Assembly: GCA_002245135.1 (NCBI GenBank)
Contig: NGBS01000311.1
Location: 1-64,000 of the forward strand
Reading direction: 5' to 3'
Origin: Proteromonas lacertae
Taxonomy: Eukaryota
Length of the DNA stretch: 64,000 nucleotides
This document shows positions 1 to 11,702 of the stretch, piece by piece. How positions within the stretch are numbered: position 1 is the stretch's first letter; each line of letters starts with the position of its first letter. A program made the position numbers and the translations under genes. The notes beneath the pieces are model-generated. The model saw only the letters and a list, made by a program, of their open reading frames with translations. It had not been told where the DNA came from and made no database searches.

Positions 1-1516
1 TCAGCATATTTCACAGATGCTCAAAGAAGAGCAACAATAGAAGCTGGAACATTAGCAGGATTAAATGTATTAAGAGTAATAAACGAGCCACTGCTGCTGC
101 CATCGCTTATGGTTATTAATAACAAGAAAGAGAATAGAACAATCTTAGTGTATGATTTTGGTGGTGGTACTTTTGATGTTTCAATTATTAAAGTAGTAGG
201 TAATGAAGTAACAGTTCTTGCTACAGATGGAAACGACCATTTGGGTGGTGAAGATATAACAAACAGATTGGTAGAATTCTTCTGCCATGAGATTGGAATT
301 GATATTGAATCAAAATCACAGTTAATACAAGAATAAAAGCAGCTTGTGATAATGCAAAATATTGCTAAGTTCAACAAATGATAGTGATATATTTGTTGAT
401 GTTGAAGATGATACAAAAAGTTTAACAGTCTCAAGAGCTAAATTGGATGATATATGTAAAGATTTGTATAATAAACAATCGAAATTGTTGAAAGAGCATT
501 ACAAAGTAAAAGCATATCAAAGAAAGATATTGATGATGTTGTATTAGTTGGTGGAAGTAGTAGAATTCCAATGATAGAAGAATTATTAAGAAAATGCTTT
601 CCAGGTAAGAATATAAATAAAGATATAAATCCAGATGAAGCTGTAGCAACAGGTGCAGCATTATTAGCAGCTGATTTAATAAAAGGAACATATGAACATA
701 GCTTTAGTAATGGAGCAAAAGCGATTGTTGATATAAAAAATGATGAGATATTAGGGACAATTACAAATATAAAACCACCAAAAGATGAAATTAATGAAGA
801 AATGAATGGAACAATCACTGTAAAAAATGGTAGTATGAAATATTCATCCAATGGTGATAGAATCACAACAAAAAGAACATTTAAAAGTAATAAATCAACA
901 ATAAATGAAAGATTACCATCTCCAATACCATTATCAATTGTTGAAGAAGAATATCAATTGAATTTACAGAATCATTTACAGCAACTACATCAAAAAGCAC
1001 GTTTAAATGTGAGAAATCAGTATTGCAGCAACCACCACCACCTCCTCCTCATTCTTCAGATCAAACAATACCATTAGTTACAGAAGATAAACATCAATCT
1101 GAGACATTAACAGTTACTGGCTTTAAAGAACCTATTAAACCTGCTACATCTGCAACATTAGTAGTTAAAGATGTATTGTCACATTCAATTGGTGTTAATA
1201 TGCATGGTGATATGTTAAGTGTGATTTTAGAAAAAAATCTCAGTATTCCTTGTAAAAAGGAGAAAAGTAATTATAGACCATCTCGTGATGGACAAAGTAA
1301 AATGGTATTAAAGCTTCTAGAAGGTGAAGATCCTGTTGCTTCTCATAATAAAATCATTAGAACTTATACTATTGACGGTTTACCTACAGATAAAAAATGG
1401 AGTGATTTTAATTTCACATATACGATGAACCTCAATGAAAATGGTATATTGACATCTCTTATAAAGAAGCTTCAAACCTTGTTCCTGAAGGAACATTAGC
1501 GGTAGATAACATATAA
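1..1516 (+). CDS. Divergent Hsp70-family protein, 5'-partial, several apparent single-base indels
   Basis: Motifs across frames: AGLNVLRVINEP(T)AAA, VYDFGGGTFDVS, DGNDHLGGED, VVLVGGSSRIP, INPDEAVATGAA; Pro-rich insert; SBD-like VKDVLSHSIG...LEGE...NENGIL. Frame breaks fall in short A/T runs. Confidence 0.8.
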
Positions 1517-1609
1517 TATGTAACTTAATATTGCTTTTATGTTTTAATGATAAAAAAACATCAAAAAATAAGATATAGGCTTGATTCCTAAGAATTCAAA
1601 CTAATTTAA

Positions 1610-2446
1610 ATGCCTTTAAAATTAAAGCAAATAGAGATTACTAATTTAGATATTTCGTATTTTATTTATTGGATAAGCATTTATTTTACTAGATTTGATG
1701 CTCAGATAGACGAAAAGCTCTTTATTACACTATTTCAAGAATTATTAAATCAAACACTCTATTTAAACCAACAAATATCATTGTATTTGTTATTTTGTTA
1801 TAATATAGACCAGTTGTAGAAATAAGTCCTTATATTGAGAATTTAAAGCTATCTGATGTAGGTGTAAAGTATTATATTCCATATAACTCTAATCTTCAAC
1901 AGAAAGTTAAGACATGGAGGTTTAAAGAATGCTTCAAGGTTTAGTGAGGATTTACAGAAATTAGGTGATTTCCTTTCAAAATTTTCATTTCCTACCAATA
2001 TTCGAGAAGGTTTAATTATAATAGGAGGAAATATTATGTATCCATACTCCTTTATTCATATTATTGATTTACCTTGTGATTGTCACAAAGATAAACCAAT
2101 TACAGATAGTGTATCATTTATTAAATATTTATTATATAATATAATAGATAAGATCAGCTTGTGTAAGGAAGTCAATTAGAGAATATATAACTCAAAGTTC
2201 TACTCTGTTCACAAAAAAAGTAAAACCAATTCACATATTACTATTAGGTGAGAGGAATAAAATATACCCAGGATTCTTGCCAAAACCGTTATTTTCGATA
2301 AAGAAAATAAATATGAAAAAATAAAACTATTATTAAACATGCATTGTAGTAATACAGAAGGTAATATGGCGAATTCTATAGAAAATAGTGATTATATTTG
2401 GTATGAATGTGTTGTAAAACCAAAAGGTTTTAAGGATGAGATATAA
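1610..2446 (+). CDS. p31comet/MAD2L1-binding-protein-like HORMA protein (multi-exon)
   Basis: Spliced product contains LFQELLNQTLYLNQQISLP (resembles the p31comet ELLKxxxYQRQQLPLP segment) and ends SDYIWYECVVKPKGFKDEI* (resembles DYIWFQAPVTFKGF). Introns include 1657-1692; indels near the 3' end. Confidence 0.55.
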
Positions 2447-2578
2447 GTGTGTATGTATATAAGTATATCTAGTTATTTTATGATTATATGAATGTTTTTT
2501 GTTCTGTTCCAAATTTTAATAAATGTATATTCGTTTCATTTGATAAAAACTTGATTTGAGAAAGATATTTTTTCTAAA

Positions 2579-4401
2579 ATGTCTGATGAAATCTATTGTC
2601 CAGTTAGTTCATTATATTCACCACAAATGTATCACAAATCTTGATCTATTTTCAAAATAGCATGGGTTATCTCAACATGAAAGGTGATAAAATCAAAAAA
2701 GTGGACTCAGATGTATATAGTATTCAAGAATAGCATTTTGTACTATTACAATAATAATACTGCCAAAGAACCAAAAGGTATTATTGGCTTAGATGATGCA
2801 TCTATTGGAGTATTTGCATTTAAAATAATATAATAATAGGCTTCAGGGACAGTCGAAGGTCGTGATCATGTTTTTGAAGTCATAACTCGAACAGGAAGAG
2901 GATTCTATTTCCAGCCACAGAGTGCAGCTGAACAGAATGAGTGGGTTCGTGGCATTGAATAACCAATCTTATACTGCAATTAATAGGCAAGTAGAGGAGT
3001 TAGACAACGGATTAAAACAATTAGCTTTAGATCAAGCCATGACAGCTGAGCAAAGTATGAAAGACAAAGAGCATATCAAAACATTGGAGAATTCATTATC
3101 AGCTTACAAAAATGCAGCTCCTGTCATACGTATTGTTGAATTACAAAAGATATTTATGAAAAGAGTGATGATAAGATCATTTCACGCTTGGTTAAACAAT
3201 GTTGATGTAATAACAACCAATAAAATAATAGATGAAATAAATGAAGAACATCAACAACAACAGAATGAATTACAATCGGAGATACAGAATAAAGTGGAAG
3301 AAATGCAAAAATTGAATGAAAATCATAAATCAGAATTAGATGAAATGGAAAAATCTTTTAATAGTTTTAAACAAGAAATGGAAGATAAACAAAAAGAAGA
3401 AATAAATCAATTGGAGTTGAAGTATAAAATGCAAATAGAAGAAGAGAAGATAAGCTCAAAACAAAGTATATTTCATTATTAATATTGTTTTATTTAGAAT
3501 TAAATGAGATGGGATTAATATTATTGAATAGAATGGCATTATCTATAAAATCAAAACAACTAGTTAGATATTTTGAAAAATGGAATTTTATCACTCACAT
3601 TCCAAGATATCATGTAGAAATATCAAACTGAAAGAATGTGTTACTTCAATAGAAAATCTATATAAAGAGAAATTGAATGAAATAATAAAGAATAGAGATG
3701 AGATAATAGATTCAGTGATAAATTCATATGATGAAACTATAGATGAAGTATATATTATTATTATTATTAATTTTTTATTATATTATATTATAGTTAAAAA
3801 AACACTGTGAAATATCAATTCAGACAGCATTAGCATCAACTAATGCAGCAAAGCAATTACTAAAGACTTCTGATAATAATAATAATAATAACGCTGATTG
3901 TATTTCTTTAGACAAGATTAATGAAGAATTAATAAAAATAAATGAATATTATAATAATCATAATCCCAATAATATTCCAATAGATCAATTGTATGAACAA
4001 ATTCATGTATATTTATTATAATATATATATATATATATAGACATTGGAGAATGAGATTAAGAGATTGTCTAATACTGTTGAAGAGAAAGATCAAAATATA
4101 AACCAATCAAAGATTAATGAAATCGATAATAAAAAGGATGAAGAAATAATGAATCTAAAAGTATTTATTTATTTATTATTATTATTATTATAAAAATAGA
4201 ATGAATTAAATAAAATAAAAACTGAAGATCATGTGAATGAATCATTAAAGAAAGAATTGGAACAAATGAAACAGAAATTTGATGAAATGGTGAATGATTC
4301 AGTAGAAATTAGAAAGAAATTAGAAACAGTATTAATATGTAATAGTGATTTTATTGTTATAGGCTGAGAATAAACTCAAATTAGTTGAAAATCCACAATA
4401 A
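2579..4401 (+). CDS. PH-domain plus coiled-coil protein (multi-exon)
   Basis: GYLNMKGDKIKKW...ILYYY...KEPKGIIGL...HVFEVIT...FYFQ...EQNEWVRGI is a PH domain, followed by a long E/K/Q-rich coiled coil (ORF 2922-3482) with several short GT-AG introns. Confidence 0.75.
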
Positions 4402-4483
4402 ATGTATTATTTAATTAAATTGTTTATGATATATTCATGAATAAACACATATATGTAAAAATAAAAGCATATCTCAATAGTAA

Positions 4484-5664
4484 TTACTCAATTTTCAACT
4501 TCCAACTCAATTTTTCTCCAAATTTAATAGGAACTACAACAGAATCACCAAATTCATATTCTTTCGGTATTCTACAATATATTATTAAACAAATATACAA
4601 TTCTTCCTCTTTCTCTAATATTACTTTTCCTCCATTTCTTGGAAAGCCATAAAATCAGCTCCATTCTCACTATTCATTAATATTATTACATTTAACATCA
4701 AATGATGTATATATATATATTAATACCAAGCAAATTTCTTAAAATTCTCAATACAACCAGCTTCTTCAAATGCCATCATATATAATTCTAATGCATGTGG
4801 CATAGTGAAACAACCTGCACATCCTGAAGGACACTCCTTCTTTCCTTTAGGATGTGGAGCACTATCTGTCCCTAAGAAGAATTTATTACTTCCACTTCTA
4901 ATTGCTTGAAGTAATGCCTATATGTATAATAATAACTATACTTGTCGATGTTTTTCTTTCTTTAAAATAGGTAAACAATAATAATGAGGTTTAACTCCAC
5001 CAACTAACAATGAATTTCTATTAAATAATAAATGTTGAGGAGTAATAGTAGCAGCAACGTTAGGACCAGTGGACATTATAAAATCTACAGCATTTTTGGT
5101 TGTTATATGTTCCATGACTATTTTAAGTTTTGGATGGTCTTGGATTAAAGGAATTAATATTTGTTTTATGAATTCTTTTTCTCTATCGAAGATATCAATT
5201 GAAGGATCTGGTATTTCACTGTGAATACAAAGAGGCATTGATAATTCACTCATTTTTTGTAATGCTGGATATACTTTCTTTATATCTGTTACACCACTAG
5301 CTGAGTTGGTTGTTGCTCCCAGCTGGATAATACTTACAAGCAAAAACTTGTCCACTTTCTTTGGCTTTTACTATTTCTTTCTGGCGATGTTGTGTCTGTT
5401 AAATATAATGTCATTAGGAATTGAGTATTGGTTTTTGGATTACAAGCTTTTAATATTCTCTTTTGATAATCTAAAGCCATTTCAGTTGTTGTAATTGGTG
5501 GAATAAGGTTGGGCATTACCAATACTCTACCATAAACTAAAGGAATCTTTGAACGAGAGATCTATGTTTGTTAAAATTGAAAAATCATACTCCATGTTAC
5601 TTCCATCACGAAGATGCAAATGAAAGTCATCTGGTATTGGTATCTCAACTACTTTATTAAACAT
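4484..5664 (-). CDS. pyrC: Dihydroorotase, type II (PyrC/URA4-like)
   Basis: PDDFHLHLRDG, VMPNLIPP, LMTLYLTD, YPAGATTNS, IVMEHITT, TPQHL, YCLPILK, FLGTDSAPH. Introns plus 2-3 apparent indels around 5320-5530. Confidence 0.92.
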
Positions 5665-5733
5665 TGCAACAAATCTTTCAAGCTTTTGCATGTAACGGAT
5701 ATTGTTTTTAGAATAAATCTGTTTTTTTAAAAT

Positions 5734-6957
5734 ATGGAGACAACTGATGCACCTCAGATCATAGAACATATCAATCAATCTGTAAATTTCACACCTTATG
5801 ATACTAAATGGATTCCATGCTCTGCTAAGTTTGTTGCACTTGGTATTAAGCCAAGAGGTACTGGAGCAATTAATATTTATGAATTACAAAAAGGTGAAGC
5901 AAAATGTATAAAAGAGGTATATTAATTTGTATTATGAGTGTAGATTGAAAGACCAAATGGTATAAAATGTGGAACTTTTGATGCTTCCTCTCTTGAAGAT
6001 CGTTATTTAGCAACTGGAGATTATAAAGGTTATTTAAGCATATAGTATAGACAAAATCATGTTTTCTAATATATCTAGTGATCTTGATAATCCAGAAGTA
6101 CCAGTATTCAATCAAAAAGGTCATTCTACAATAATTAATGCAATAGATGGATGTTCAGGCTCAAATATCGGATGTGGTGCTCCAGAAATAGCTACTGCTT
6201 CCAGGGATGGATGTGTTAAGATATGGGACCAACGTGTAAATGAACCAGTAGTATCCTTAGAACCAAAGAAAGCTGAGAAAATGCCAGATCCTTGGACTAT
6301 AGCCTTTGGTAACTCCTATAATGATCATGAAAGATGTATAGCGTGTGGTTATGATAATGGTGATGTAAAATTATATGATTTATATATGAATAAAGTACGT
6401 TGGGAGACAAATGTAGGAAATGGTGTGGTTAATCTCCAATTTGATAGAAAAGATATTGAAATGAATAAAATGGTTGTTACAACGTTAGAATCAAAGTTCC
6501 GTGTTTATGATATGAGAACGCAACATAAAACTGAAGGATTTGCGTATTTATCACAAAAGGTATAGATTATATGTTTTATATTATTACTATTTATAATAAT
6601 ATATAGGCACATAAGAGCACTATATGGTTAGCAAGACATTTACCACAAAATCGAGATCTATTTGTGACATGTGGAGGAAATGGAGGAATTAATATATATA
6701 AATAGTATAATATATTATATATTGACTATTATATATATATATATAATAGTTCTTATCCTGGACAAAGACAAATAAAAGATGTTGAAGGTGGATTAAGAGG
6801 AGTGATTGGAAGTGTTGAGTTATTGAATAGTCGTGTATATTCTACTCAACCGATAGTTTCGTTTGATTGGAGTAGTGATAAAGAAGGATTGGCGTGTGCT
6901 GCGATATTAGATCAAACTATTAGAGTTTTTATTGTAACGAAGTTAAATAAATATTAA
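5734..6957 (+). CDS. WDR92: WD-repeat protein 92 / DNAAF10 (axonemal dynein assembly factor)
   Basis: PQIIEH...[53 protein letters not shown]-terminal [15 protein letters not shown]; 4 short introns. Confidence 0.9.
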
Positions 6958-7058
6958 TTCATTTTGAATATTGTTGTTGTTGTTGTTGTTGTGAATAAGA
7001 GTTATTATATAAAGAAATTTAAGAGGTGTAAAATATACAAAAAAAGTGGTTTACAGAA

Positions 7059-10000
7059 ATGAAATGTCATAATAATAAAGATTTGCTTGACAGGAAGCTG
7101 TTGGGCGTTCATTTTAATAGGTCAGGAATATCTGTGGGAGTAGAAAAAGGAGGAATTAGTAAAATTGAGCTAGTAGATTTAAATAATGGCGGCAATAATA
7201 GGGTCTATCCCCTATGTGCTTTATACTATGGGAAAAAAGAATGGAAGTATGGTACTGCTGCTAAAGATGTTCGTTTTATGTACGGTGTGTTTGTTAATGA
7301 TATATTTAATTTTATTGGTAAAGAATATACAGAAATACCGTATCCAGAATCTTATGACAATGAAATTAAGAGAAATGAAGAAAATTCAGTATCTTTTATT
7401 ATAAACGAAAGAAAAAAGAGTGAAACTGTCAACAATATTTTTAAAAAACTTATGCAACGCTGTATTAACGAGTTAAAAGAACACACGCAATTGGAAGAAA
7501 TTAGTTATGTATTAACTATACCGCCTTATTTTACAAGGATACAGACACAAATTATAAAAGATACAATGTTAGAATATGAATTGAAACTAGTTAACGCAAT
7601 ATTTGATCCAATTGCTTCTGTTTTCGTACATGTGCAAGATAATTATTTATATTCAACAAAAAATTATATTGTTATTGACTTAGATGAGTATTCATTTACT
7701 GGTTCAGTTGTCACAGTTAAAGATGGAAATATATCATTAAATTATTATATTAGAGATGATGATTTAGGTTATACACATTTAGAAAATAACTTTATAACAA
7801 GTATATATGATAAATTGAGTGAAAAATATGAAATAAACAACAAAAAACAACAAAAATATAAAACAGATTTAGAGAATATTTTTCACAGCATTAGTTGCTG
7901 TGTTAATTACAATCCAAATATGGATGATTTAGATGTTAATATAGAAAAAAGTTATGTGGTAGAATTATGGCAATCCTTAACGAAAAAAATACACAAAAGA
8001 ATACATGAATTGTCTGATTTTATAAATGATAATGAACTTAAATATCCAGATATTGTTCTTAGTGGAAGTGGATGTCAATTTGCATTGTTTAGAGAATGTT
8101 TTTCCTACATATTTCATACGTATAATATACTAGATAATGGAACAAATTTATCAGAAATTGTTGTAAATGGTGCTACATTACTTGCCAATGATAGTAGAGG
8201 ATATACAATTGATTCTATGTCTTTTATTGATGATATGTCTTTTGGTATAGATTTAGGTAGTAAGTATTCTATATGTTCATGTTTTAAAGATGGTTTTAAT
8301 GTATTTACTAAAAAGTTTACAAGTTTTATTGATAGTACATATCAGCCAGCTACTCAATATATTAACAGTGAAGAGGATCTAATAAAGATAGATAAAGACT
8401 TACTGAGAAAAATGAAGAATAATATTTGTTTAAATGCAAAATATATTACAACTGATCTTCCTACTGTTTTTACAATCCCACTGTGTTATTCTGTTAATCA
8501 GAAATATGATTTGAAAAAAGAAGCTGAAGAAGGTGGATATAAGGTGTTATCTTTAGTGTATTCTTCATTTGCAGCTGTTATATATTCCATTTATTGTAAA
8601 CTCATATCAAAATGTAATTGCAAAATGCTTGTATTTAATTATGGAAAAAATGATAATGAAATGTGTATAATCAATAAAGAAGGTAAAAGAATTGAATTAA
8701 ATACTGATATGAATCTAACAATAGATGGTTATACTTATTCAGATATATCTAAACTGTTTAAAGAATATCTATCAAATGATGAAGAAATATATGACGAAAA
8801 CAAGAAGATAATGTTTAATGATGTAGTTAAAAAATAAATAAAAATGTAAATAATACACATGAAATAGTGGATTATATATTAGTTGTTGGAGATTTAGAAA
8901 ACTTTCCAATGTTGAAAGATAATATAGAATCTGTATTTTCAAAGAAATCAATTATTTATTTATCATCAGATTATATTTCAGTTGGTGCTTCAATTTATGC
9001 AAATCAATTATTAACAAATACAGATACTTTTGAAATAATTGATTATTCTGAATATGATGATTTATCATTTGGAATTGATTTAGGAACAACTTATAGTGCT
9101 GCATGTTTTACAAGAGATAATAAAAATTGGGAAATGATTGATAATCAAACATCATCATCTTTCCCATCATCTATATTATTTGTGAAGAATAAAAATAATG
9201 TCAAATATTTTGTAGAGAAATCTTCATTTACACCAAAAGATTATCCTGTATATGATAGTAAAAGATTCATTGGTAAAAGTTACAATGAATTGAATGAATA
9301 TGAAGATAGTAGGTATTTGTTCAAATTGATTGAAAATAATAAAAAAGTATATTATGATATAGAATTCAACAATTCTCAATTACTATTGTCTCCTGAAGAT
9401 GTTTCAGCAACTATCTTGAAACATTTAAAACAAAAATCTATAAAAAGAATAAAAACAGCAATACAACCAAATACAGTAATTCCTTGTGTTATAACTACTC
9501 CAGCATTATTCACTTACAGACAAAGATATGAAACTAAAAGAGCTGCTCAAAAGGCTGGATTGAATGTATTATCGATAATAAATGAGCCGACAGCAGCAGC
9601 AATTGCATATTTAAATGATGATGATTCTATTAAAGATCAAATATGCAAGATAATAGTATATGATTTTGGTGGAGGTACTTTTGATGTAAGTATAGTTGAA
9701 AAGAACTATAGAAACTTGAGAGTTATTTGTAGTGATGGAGATGATCATTTAGGCGGAGAAGATATTACAAATAGATTAGTAGAATATATATCAGCAGATG
9801 TAAAAAGTAAATTTGGTTTAACAGATATAGAAAAAAATTTGAAAAAAAGAATAATTGGAGAATGTGAAACAGTTAAAAAAGACTTGAGTAAGGCTGCTAA
9901 AATTGATATTTCATTGGAATATAAGGATAAAACTTACAAAAAGACAATATCAAGAGATGAATTAGATGAAATGTGTAGAGATATTTATAACAAGACTATT

Positions 10001-10588
10001 ACAATAATAAAGAGATGTATAAAGAATAATTACATTAACAAAGCAGATATTAAATATATCCTATTTTGTGGTGGTTCATCAAGAATTCCATGCATAAAGG
10101 AAAGAATTGAAAAAGAATTTGAAAGTATGAAGGTAATGAATAATATTCATTGTAAAGAAGCAGTAGCTAGAGGAGCAGCAATATATGCAAATATACTTAG
10201 AGGAAAACAAAGAAATTTTGTTAAAGTTGCTGATATTTTAAATCATTCACTATATTATGAATATAGTGGTAATAAAGGTAAATTATTTAGAATGTTTGAA
10301 AAAAATGCTATATTGGATGAATGTCATATTCGTATATCAATTATGACTGAAGATATTGGTTATGCTTGGATTAAAATATATGAAAAAAAGAATGGTAGAA
10401 AAGAAATGATTAACAGGTTTGATATATCGAGTGATTATAGAAGAAATGTGAAAGTATATTTTGATGTAAATAGTGATGGAGTATTAGCAGTAAGTTATAT
10501 TTTGAATGGAGCTGAGTTCGGCGGGGACAGGGACAAAAAGGACATGTCCGGGACATGTCCGGGACAAGAGTATGATAAAGGACAGTAA
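7059..10588 (+). CDS. Large intronless protein with three tandem Hsp70 ATPase-like modules and a truncated substrate-binding domain
   Basis: ORFs 7059-8837 and 8867-10588 join if one A is added to the A6 run at ~8829-8834. Module starts LGVHFNRSG, FGIDLGSKYS, FGIDLGTTYS; only the third keeps INEPTAAA, DFGGGTFD and GGSSRIP. The C-terminus is supplied by the hAT insertion (original stop 11612-11614). Confidence 0.8.
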
Positions 10589-11571
10589 TTTGTCCCTTTT
10601 GTAAACATTTGATATTACCTTTTTGTAATATAAATAAATTATGTGATTTTTTTGTTTATTAAAACATTTATAAGAAAAAAGATAATTAATAATAACATTG
10701 ATAATCTTCACTTTGCTCATCATCTTCTTTACTTATTACTTCCACATTAGTAATTTCTATATTTTCATCTTCATCACTTCCTACATTTTGTTCTTATTCT
10801 CTCTTATTTCTCTCAACTAATTCATACTTTAATCTCATAATGTTATTAATAGTATCTAAGTTTAATCTGTTTCTCCTGTATGAATGTATTACTCTTTCGA
10901 TGGAGAAAATTCTCTCAATAAAAGAGCTTGAACATTAAACATGGTATTGTTGATATAATATCATAGATTTTCTTTAAATCTCTAAAGTATATTCCATATG
11001 TTGTAAAGCATATATTGGTTGAAATACTTTCGCGAAAAATGGAAGAAGGTAAATAATATATGATATTAAAAATGCAAGAACTCGAGTTAATCAAGCATTT
11101 TTTCTTTTTTCTACTTTTTATTTGTATTTAATCCAGGCATATTTTATAGTACAAATTAGTGCAATGATAAGCATGTATCATGTGAAGTTCTGTTATGTGA
11201 TGAGTGTTTGTAAATGGGGATATTCTTCATTAAACTATACAGAGTTATCTAAGTGGTATAAGTGGGTTAAATATTATTCATAGATATAGCAAATATGGCT
11301 TAAATGGATTTTCAAAAGATATTATTTAGGATATACAAAAATGACTTGAGTATAGTATGTAATACTTAATATTAAGCTTATTTAATGTTATTGCAGAATA
11401 TTTTTATTAAAAAAACAGAAACTTAAACTCAAAAATATAGGACAAAAAAGGACGTGTTAAACTACACGTCCCGGGACAAAGAGGACATGTGTAATCAACG
11501 AGAAGTTTTCGTGTATGAAAAGGACAAGGGACGGGACAAAACACAAAAGGACGTCCCGTTGCCGAACTCAG
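10512..11571. mobile_element. Non-autonomous hAT-superfamily DNA transposon (1060 bp)
   Basis: Perfect 11-bp TIRs CTGAGTTCGGC (10512-10522) / GCCGAACTCAG (11561-11571); perfect 8-bp TSD GAATGGAG (10504-10511 and 11572-11579); clustered subterminal GGGACA/GGACA/TGTCC motifs at both ends; internal transposase remnant. Confidence 0.93.
10794..11040 (-). pseudogene. hAT transposase C-terminal dimerisation-domain remnant
   Basis: Minus strand reads FTTYGIYFRDLKKIYDIISTIPC, a 7-nt frameshifting insert, then SSSFIERIFSIERVIHSYRRNRLNLDTINNIMRLKY, matching the hAT PxSSxxxERxFS...RNRL pattern. Confidence 0.8.
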
Positions 11572-11702
11572 GAATGGAGTAAAGAGAAGTATGGAATATA
11601 AGTTTGAAATTTGATTTTTATCTATTATTATTTTTAATTCTTTCTATAAAACAAACAAATTTAATATCACAAAAGAATAATTTACATCAATAATACAACT
11701 AA

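Noticed and set aside
2111..2148. U12-type intron (5' GTATCATTT)
   Set aside because: Mismatch to GTATCCTT and no TCCTTAAC branch site; no convincing minor introns seen in the window.
4484..5664. Dihydroorotase as a recent bacterial transfer
   Set aside because: Type II DHOases are widespread in eukaryotes (plants, fungi, protists) and this one has introns; nothing specific points to recent transfer.
8826..8837. AAA-TAA resembling the Euplotes +1 frameshift signal
   Set aside because: Joining the ORFs needs a -1 shift, which equals one missing A in an A run.
10523..10600. CRISPR-like or minisatellite reading of the GGGACA repeats
   Set aside because: Irregular short motifs confined to both ends of a TIR/TSD-bounded element; they are transposon subterminal repeats.
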